A DNA stretch of 64,000 nucleotides from Eledone cirrhosa (taxonomy: Eukaryota), in the NCBI GenBank assembly GCA_964016885.1, contig OZ024742.1, forward strand, positions 106,888,001 through 106,952,000, given 5' to 3'. The position numbers and the translations under genes are program-made. A model generated the notes under the pieces. The model was not told where the DNA came from. It did not search any database and worked only from the letters and a program-made list of their open reading frames with translations. Positions 56,719 through 64,000 of this stretch are shown here, piece after piece; positions within the stretch are counted from its first letter, which is position 1, and the number at the start of each line of letters is the position of its first letter.

Positions 56719-58169
56719 GCTGAGTGGATCAGTGCTTGGCAATGAGGGTGATGTTGGCTAGGAATTAAAACAAAATCCATCATAGAATCAACCTTTGTGA
56801 TTTAAACAGATGAAATAAAACAGTTGTCAGAAAGAGGAAGCTTAAGTTGAGGGAGAATGAAGGAGATATTTTAATGAAGAGTGCATTGTAAAAGTGTGTG
56901 AAGTAAGATAAGAACAGAAAAGGTTCTTGTGGGAACTGGCAAGTCAGGGGATTCTGTGATCTAGGAAGAGGGGCCTCACTATAATTTAATGAATTAAATA
57001 GCTTTATAAAGATTCAAGGCTAATAGCTTTATTGTTGTTAAAGAGGAAAAAAAGAGAAGATTGTTCTTTATAGCAGGTGGTGGCCGTCGTCGTCGTGGAG
57101 GAGGAAGGGTCCGGATCAAGGATCTAAACCGGGTGAGAGACAATCAGTTTAGTTAGTGTAAAATTTGAAACAATGCATTCAGAGAAGAAACAGAGTTTGA
57201 TAGAGTAATATGGTTGCTTGGCAAAGTCACTAACATGTCAAATAGAATGAACTATAATATATATTCTGACTCTCTGTGCTCTAAGTTCAAAAGTCGCTGA
57301 GGTCCACTTTGCCTTTCATCTTTTTGGGTGTCAATAAAGAAAGTACTACCACCATTGTAAATCCAAATTATTTATTCAATTTAAATAGGAACTCTTTAAA
57401 ATAGGTGGCTTTGTTTTATAGAAACCAGAGGTAATTTTTGTTGATTTGGTATCAAAATGGTTAATGTTTGGTATAAGAGTTAGAGGGAGAAACAGTAAAT
57501 GTATTGAAAAGTCTTCAATGAATATTGGTAACATTGGAATGGAGGAGGGGGAATAAAGGTATGGTAGTAATGGGATGAAAGAAGTCTATCTGTCAACAAT
57601 TATTTTAGAATGTTAAATGTACTCTAACAAACCTGAAAGGATATTGCCAGAAAATCCTGTGATAGAAATACCTAATTGAATTATACAGAGGTAATGGATG
57701 GGTGGGGGTAGAACATAGTGATAAATAGAATTATATACTATAATTGTTTCTACTTTTAGCATGAGGCCAGCAATTATCCCAGTGCATTACTGGTACTAAT
57801 AGATAAGCAGCAAATCGTCAGAGTCATTAGAACATCAGATGAAATGCTAGCAATAATTGTTTCAGAGTTTAAATTCCACTGAGGTGAACTTTGACTTTTA
57901 TCCTTTCAAGGTCAATATAAAATGTAAGAGTCCAGTACCTCTACATCTCATTCTCACTTCCTCTCCCTCACTCTCTCTCTCTTTCTCTGGAAGAAATTGG
58001 TTGTGTTCAGACATGGAGAAGGGATGAGCTCCACAAAGTCTAAAATGCCTAAAACTTCAGTAATAAAATTTTTTTTTAAATGAAAAGAGATAAAAATAAA
58101 AAAACACAATAGACTTCTGTATGTACATTGTGGATATTAGATGAGCTAAGTTAGGTAGTTTGAATTCCT

Positions 58170-59884
58170 AGTTGCACAGGTTTAGAGATGACCTTTACAA
58201 GTTCACTCCTTAGAGTGTCTCGACAATATATAAAGAAAATAAACCGAATACTCTGATGGCTGGATAATCTTTAAGATTTTCCTCAATGAAGCAGGAAAAA
58301 ATGCAGGTTTTCACCTAATGCAGGCCCTAATGCATCAAGAAAATGAATTTTTTTTGTGTATAATATGCCTTGAAATTTCGTGAAAATCTGCTAGACGTAA
58401 CGCCTAAAAAAAAAGCCATAAAAAGCTGAAAAAATGAAGTTTTTCACCTGATGCCATAAAAAAGTTGAATTTTCTTTGCTCATGGTATGAAGAAGAGACT
58501 GACTAATACATAGTTACAATTTCAAGGAAATCGGCCTAAAAATACCCCTAAAAAGCTGAAAAAACGCAGTTTTTCACCTAATGCGGGCCCTAGGGAATCA
58601 AAAAATTGAATTTTTTATGTGCATAACACTCCCTGAAACATAACGCGAGCCACCAACAGACTTAATCATGGGAAAACTGAATGCCTGGACAATATGTAAA
58701 GAAAACCGAATACTCTGATGCAATTAGTATTAGTTATGCTTCTCCTTCCACGTGGAGAAAATCGGCTTGGTGCTTTTGTACTTTAATAAAGTGGCATGAG
58801 TCAGCAGGACAGATGTCACCACTTATGTCAGAGGGAAGTCTGCAATGTTTGAGCAAGGCATGACGAGCAATTGCACGGCATGACATGCAATTGGACAGCA
58901 TGTGGAGCCTTCTCGAAGGAGTTCACCTTACCTTAGTAAGTAAACGCAACTGGACAAACGTTTACCAAACTGTGGGTATAATTAACAAATTTAAAGAGGA
59001 ATGGTGCAATAAAATGGGCCCCGAGGCGTGTGCGTGTTCACTGGCAGCCCTAAACGAAAGGGTCGCCATCAGTTATTTCAAGGGCCCTTAAAAGGGCCGT
59101 GTAAGCCATTCACTGACACCCCAGTAAGGAGGGGTAACCATCAACAATTTCCAGTGGTGGCCCTAAAAAGTGCCATGTGAGCGTTTACTTGTAGCCCTTA
59201 ATAGTGACTTTGACTGCATTCTCTGACATTTGAAGGAGGGTGTTACGGTTGCTTCCACTGGTAGCCTTTAGAATGAATCAGAATGCATTCGCGGTCCATT
59301 TAACAGCCATACATTGACGCGCCGAGTGCGAAGCGGAAGATCCATCTCTGAAGGTATTCACCTGAAGCCGAGGGAAAATGTATTTCAGGTAATAGCAGGA
59401 TCGACTTTATTTCACTTGCTCCACTAAAAGTTGGATTTTCTTTGCTCACGGTATGAAGAGACTGACTAATAGATAGTTACCAGCTTTCATTTTTAGTGTT
59501 GTGTGAAATATATAACTGCCTTAGCTAAGCTTAGTATTGCCACAACCACGGCTGGCAAAGAAGTAAGGGTCTGGTGGTACGTAAGTAAGCAACACAGGCA
59601 GCAGACAGCCAGACATACAGACAGATATTATAAGGGCACAACGTTATATGTATGTATCTATCTATCTAAAAAAAGAAAGACTAAGAATTATAGAGAGAGA
59701 TCGCTAAATCGCCTAATGCAGTCCCTAGGGCATTGAAAATTTGAATTTTTTTTTGCTCAGAACACTCCCTGAAACATAAGTATTACATCTGTAAAGTTTG
59801 AAAACAGTTGGTTGGGTGATTCTCGAGTTTTAGGGATTCAAACACACACACACACACACACACCCTCAGTTTTATATATATAGA
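58170..59884 (-). mobile_element. Probable non-autonomous rolling-circle or DNA element with internal repeats
   Basis: Unit ttttcacctaatgc.ggcccta...aaaaattgaatttt recurs at ~58310, 58440, 58570 and 59710; the right end reads A|TCTATATATATAAAA then (GT)n on the minus strand, like a Helitron 5' end. The other end is not defined. Confidence 0.4.
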
Positions 59885-62776
59885 TTACAACTGTTTCGAT
59901 ATTGATCAGCTTGGGTTTGATCAGGCAATCAGATTCAGACTCTTAATCGACACCTCCTCAGATCTGAGTTTACATGGGTGGTCCCATTCAAACGAGAGAG
60001 AGAGAGAGAGTGTGTTACACACAACCCACACACACAATACATGCATAGATACATACATGTGATGTAGTCCTGAGAGAGAGAGAGAGAGAGAGGGGTGGGG
60101 ATTGGGAGCAGCTGCTCCATCCCAGATATATCAGATGTAGTCTCCTGTTGAGCTTTGTAGTAAAGAAAGTCATAGCAAAGATACTTTCTAGCCCTAAAGA
60201 GGAAGTGTAGCTAACTTCTGAGGTGCAGTTTTGGCAATGGTATGGATATGTGATCATAATGTGAGATCTGGGATTGTGAGGGCAAGCATTTGATATGTTT
60301 TTAGAAAGTATTCATATATACATTAAAAGCTTCCATCATAATTTTATGTAAGAAATTTTTATTAAGTTATATTCCAAACAGGAGCTTTATAATGAAAAAG
60401 TTAGATATTTTACTAAGGTTCCCCAAACTGTTGATTATTTTGAAAATTAATTCAAACACATTAGCAGCGTATTTCGTAAGAAATATGGTTATAAAGGTGA
60501 TTTGGCTGCTATTTTTAGTTGGTCAAGATCTACAATAGATCTCCCACAAGCAAGTGAGTGAAGAAAAAGGAAAATTTAAACCCAGAAGTCTCAGGCAGAT
60601 TGACATAAAAAGGGTTATTGAAAAAAAATGCATTTATCATAAATGTTATTTTTTAGCCCCAAGTCAGCCCTGAGTAAGTGATAATGGGTATTCCAGCTGT
60701 AATCATCACAGTTTTTGTGTATTTAGGACTAACATTTACTAATAAATCCTTACTTTTTTTTAATTCCTTCATTACCATATTTCTAATGGAAAACATGGTC
60801 CATGCTAATTTGAATGTTTATAGTATCTTTAATAGTAGAGAGATTGTGAAAACTTGCAACATTGGAGTTAAGACATGAATTTTTAATGTGATGCAGTTAT
60901 AGTGCTATGCTGTTTTATATCTTTCAAGAATGTCTTGTTAATGCTGTTTCATGTGGTTTGTTAATTAAAATGTTTGTAGTAACTTTACTAGTGAAAATTT
61001 AGAGAATTTAAACGAAGACAATTTTTTAATGTCATGCAGGCATAGTGCTGTTTTTTACTTTTCAAGAGTATCTTGCTAATGCTGTTTCACGAGGTACAGG
61101 ATGTAAGAGTTAAATATGTGTCTGTTACTTTCGAAATTTCACTCCACCTCCCGCCCTGTATATCTGTCTCTCAACTCCCACTTTTCCCAATTTTACTTAC
61201 CTAAGATGTCAGTTATCCCACCACCACCACTATTATCTTCACCAACAAAAACAACACTATTCCCACAAAAGCACTTCTGACAAGCACCATCACTTGTAAT
61301 ATTCCTATTACCCCTACCACAACAGATACAGACACCCCCCATAACCCATAACTATAGAACCATATATGTGTACAGAGAGAGAGAGAGAGAGCAGTTAAAA
61401 AATGAAGATACATATATACACACACAGAGCCCATAACTATAGAACTAAATCCCCACCACACCTCAAACAGCCCCTCTAAGACTTAAAGAAAGTTAATCAC
61501 CCCTTCCCACCCTGGTACTAGCTAACTTAATAAATAAATAAATAAATAATACCCCTCCCCTTCATGGAAGTCAAAAATGAGAGGGGCAGGCTGCTGAGAT
61601 GTACACTGGAAGTTGGTAAAGGAGATTATGTATCTTGCATCTACTTTCTTCTACCTTTCCCAGCTTAACCCTTCCCTGGATAACCTGCTTACTACCATGT
61701 ACCCAGTCATACCTAGGTACATACACACATACACATGTTTTATACAGTGAACACACATACACATTGGGGGGGGGGGGGTACAGTTTTACATTAAATTGGA
61801 TCTCCATGAGTCATTAACTAAATATTTTCTTCAAAATCAGTTGAAGGAGGAGTGTGTGTGTGTGTGTGGGGGGGGGGGGGTTACCTAGCTATTTGAAGTT
61901 CTGTTTAATGTCTGCCTGTCCATGCATTCTGTACAAGGCCCTTTCAAAATCAAATTAATGGTTACTACTTTGAGACAATGAAACCTTTCTATTTACAATT
62001 GTGTTGATAGGTCATTTCAGATTTATCCACCTGTGTTGCTCTTGGCCAATGACAACAATGGTACATTCCTATTATATAGATATATGCAAGTGAGATGCAG
62101 GACCCTGACCCATCTGACACTCAGCAGAGTGCAGGAATATATGTGAGAAATAGGTCCATCTAAGAGGTCAGTAGCACAGCTTCTAGCAGGGAAGATGGAC
62201 GTTAAGTGATAATGATGATCATAATTACACACACACACAAGGAGAGAGATAAAGAAAGAGGAAGAAGGGATGGCATTTCCTTTTCACGTGCATCTTCAAT
62301 ATTCTACCTATATGATCTCAGAATGAAATTGTAGGTCTGCTGTTTGATAAAACTGTCTGAAAATCAATTCCTGTGATAGAACATCTGACGGAGGCAGCAG
62401 CAACAAAATAACCCTTTTGATGCCAACCCAACCCACTTTTTATGACACCAAACTGCCTGAAACCACTCTGGTTCTACAATACAAGTTGTATATTTTCAAA
62501 TGTTCATATTTATTTACAAATTCTCCAATCATAATTTTATGTAAGAACCTTTAAGTTATATTTTAAACACCAGATAAATAATGAAAATGTTAGTTACAAC
62601 ATTATTATAATTCCCTCAAAATTCTTGATTGTTTTCAAAGATAATTTGAAAATTATAAACAGACTTTCGTTAGAGATATGGCAAGAATTAAACTGTTTGC
62701 TCTAATGTCAATGGTTTGTTCAAAAGCTAAGAGCCCCAAGTTCAAACACTACAGACATTCTAGATTTAACCTTAGA

Positions 62777-62808
<32 letters not shown>

Positions 62809-62942
62809 CAATTTGAAAATGGCTAAAAACATACAAATGAATAAAAAAAAAAATAAAGGCAAAGACAGGAAAATGAATGAATTCAGACAGGAGTCCCATC
62901 TCATCAGTCAAGCGCTATTTTTTTTATTCATTGTGTGTGTAG

Positions 62943-62989
<47 letters not shown>

Positions 62990-64000
62990 GTGAAGGATGG
63001 TAAAAATTAGTGTGTTGAACATACCCTATAATATTTGTTTCTGTCTCTCATATCCCTTTATGCCTAGGTCGATCAAAGAAATACCGAACACAGGACTGGG
63101 GTTAACATAATTGAATACAAACCCTTGATAGTGATGCCCCAGCTTGGCTGTAGTCCAATAAAAGAATATGTAGTGAAGCTACCAGAAACTATACTTAATC
63201 TTATTAACATTCTGTCCACTTTGCTGCAAAAACACCATTCTGATATATATGTTTCTTTTATGTTTGTTTTATTCTCATAGAATCACAGAAGGTAACTATC
63301 TATCAAGTTGATATAAGCCAACCATAGAGCTGCTTTGTAGTCACTCATTCTACCAAAACAACAGCCAAATCTCCCTCATATCTCACTCTACTATCTTAAA
63401 AAAAAGAGAATGACACATTATCTAAAGAGAGATGGGGTAACTACACCTGGAAAGGGGTAGATGGTAATGGGTAGAATGCCAACATGGAGCTAAACAGCAA
63501 CAATAACAAAAATTATACCTGTGAAGATATTGAGTTCCAGTAAAATGGAAATTGAGATTATTGATTCTTATTCTTGAACAGAATCACTATAGTCCTCAGT
63601 TAATTAAATAATGTTCTATGCTACATCATGATTCTTTTTCTTTTTTTTTTTTGTCTAACAAAAAAAAAATTAAAATAATTTTTTCTCCATCACTGACCTA
63701 CATATTGTTCTGCAGTTACTTCTAACCACACACACTATTAGACAGATGATATCAACCTGTCACTCTTCTGATAACATCTACACAGGTATCACCAAATAAT
63801 CAAACTATACACCTCACTATCAATAAACTTAATCTCACTCTACTGAAGAGTCTTGTCCAAAATGGTGATCCCCACCACTCCCACTCCTCCTCCTGATCAT
63901 CATCATCACCATCACCATCGCTGCTTCATGTCTATTTTCCATGCAAGCATGGGTTAGACAAGTTGTCATGTCTTGAAGCTAGACAGGTCAGATGACTGTG

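Overview
AT-rich, repeat-dense animal genomic DNA. The SINE/LINE families and (TA)n/(TACA)n load suggest a coleoid cephalopod, probably an octopod (inference, not proven). The window holds part of an Abl non-receptor tyrosine kinase gene on the minus strand. Nine exons splice in frame with GT-AG boundaries (28591-28396, 19599-19523, 16789-16705, 11043-10866, 9864-9680, 7195-7043, 5643-5554, 3687-3568, 816-<1), covering the end of SH2, the whole kinase domain and the start of the C-terminal tail. I found no SH3 or N-terminal SH2 exons, so the next intron is probably >35 kb. The introns contain RTE, CR1-group, L1/Tx1, CRE and Penelope-like retroelements, SINEs and MITEs. The most unusual region is 38.5-49.6 kb, an ~11 kb nest of young LINE fragments joined by (TA)n-derived satellite. 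One fragment there (44531-45225) is hypermutated: in a hand alignment to its sister copy, 30 of 34 differences are T>C on the LINE sense strand (A>G on the opposite, Abl-transcribed strand), with an ADAR-like neighbour preference. This looks like A-to-I hyper-editing fixed in genomic DNA. Also seen are snap-back inverted duplications at RTE 5' junctions, minimal hammerhead-ribozyme motifs on the Abl strand and a 42-bp hAT micro-MITE.
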